DNA from: Desulfocapsa sulfexigens DSM 10523
GTDB lineage: Bacteria > Desulfobacterota > Desulfobulbia > Desulfobulbales > Desulfocapsaceae
Length of the DNA: 32,000 bases
Direction of reading: 5' to 3'
Assembly: GCF_000341395.1 (NCBI RefSeq)
Contig: NC_020304.1
Span: 240,001-272,000, forward strand
The position numbers were made by a program, and so were the translations under genes. Below the pieces are notes generated by a model. The model was not told the DNA's origin. It did not search any database and was given only the letters and a program-made list of their open reading frames with translations. This document shows positions 31,994-32,000 of this stretch, piece after piece (within the stretch, counting starts at the first letter, position 1; every line of letters begins with the position of its first letter).

Positions 31994-32000
31994 TCGTACG

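Overview
This 32-kb chromosomal window comes from a Gram-negative bacterium. Evidence for that: a sigma-54 promoter, amtB-glnK, and a beta-barrel OMP ending in Phe. Gene content looks deltaproteobacterial, but I cannot verify taxonomy without a search.

Left to right:
1. A c-di-GMP signalling cluster: a 5'-truncated TM-PAS-GGDEF cyclase, a PilZ receptor, and an SBP-PAS-PAS hybrid histidine kinase.
2. Divergent ilvY-ilvC.
3. A second TM-HAMP-GAF-GGDEF cyclase.
4. Two small ORFs, one of them below the 60-aa cutoff of the ORF track.
5. gltB-gltD, convergent with amtB-glnK, which carries a perfect sigma-54 -24/-12 element.
6. An orphan 436-aa protein whose C-terminal third resembles a divergent RelA/SpoT-type nucleotidyltransferase.
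7. An accessory-looking locus of secreted cysteine-rich proteins. It has five tandem ~39-aa Cys repeats, three copies of a ~130-aa four-Cys module, and a reading frame broken at a T8A7 homopolymer.
8. Three translationally coupled envelope genes ending in a small beta-barrel OMP.
9. A ~4.7-kb AT-rich, decayed island inserted at tRNA-Arg(ACG). It has a degenerate copy of the tRNA 3' end at the far side, a twice-frameshifted integrase, and cargo that includes a coupled 4-TM protein plus ComEC-like metallo-beta-lactamase-fold protein.
10. An RNase E/G gene with an unusual N-terminal basic extension.

The best candidates for something undescribed are the 4-TM + MBL cassette in the island, the Cys-repeat secreted-protein locus with its slippery-site interruption, and the RelA/SpoT-like orphan. 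All functional calls rest on motif recognition by eye; no searches were run.
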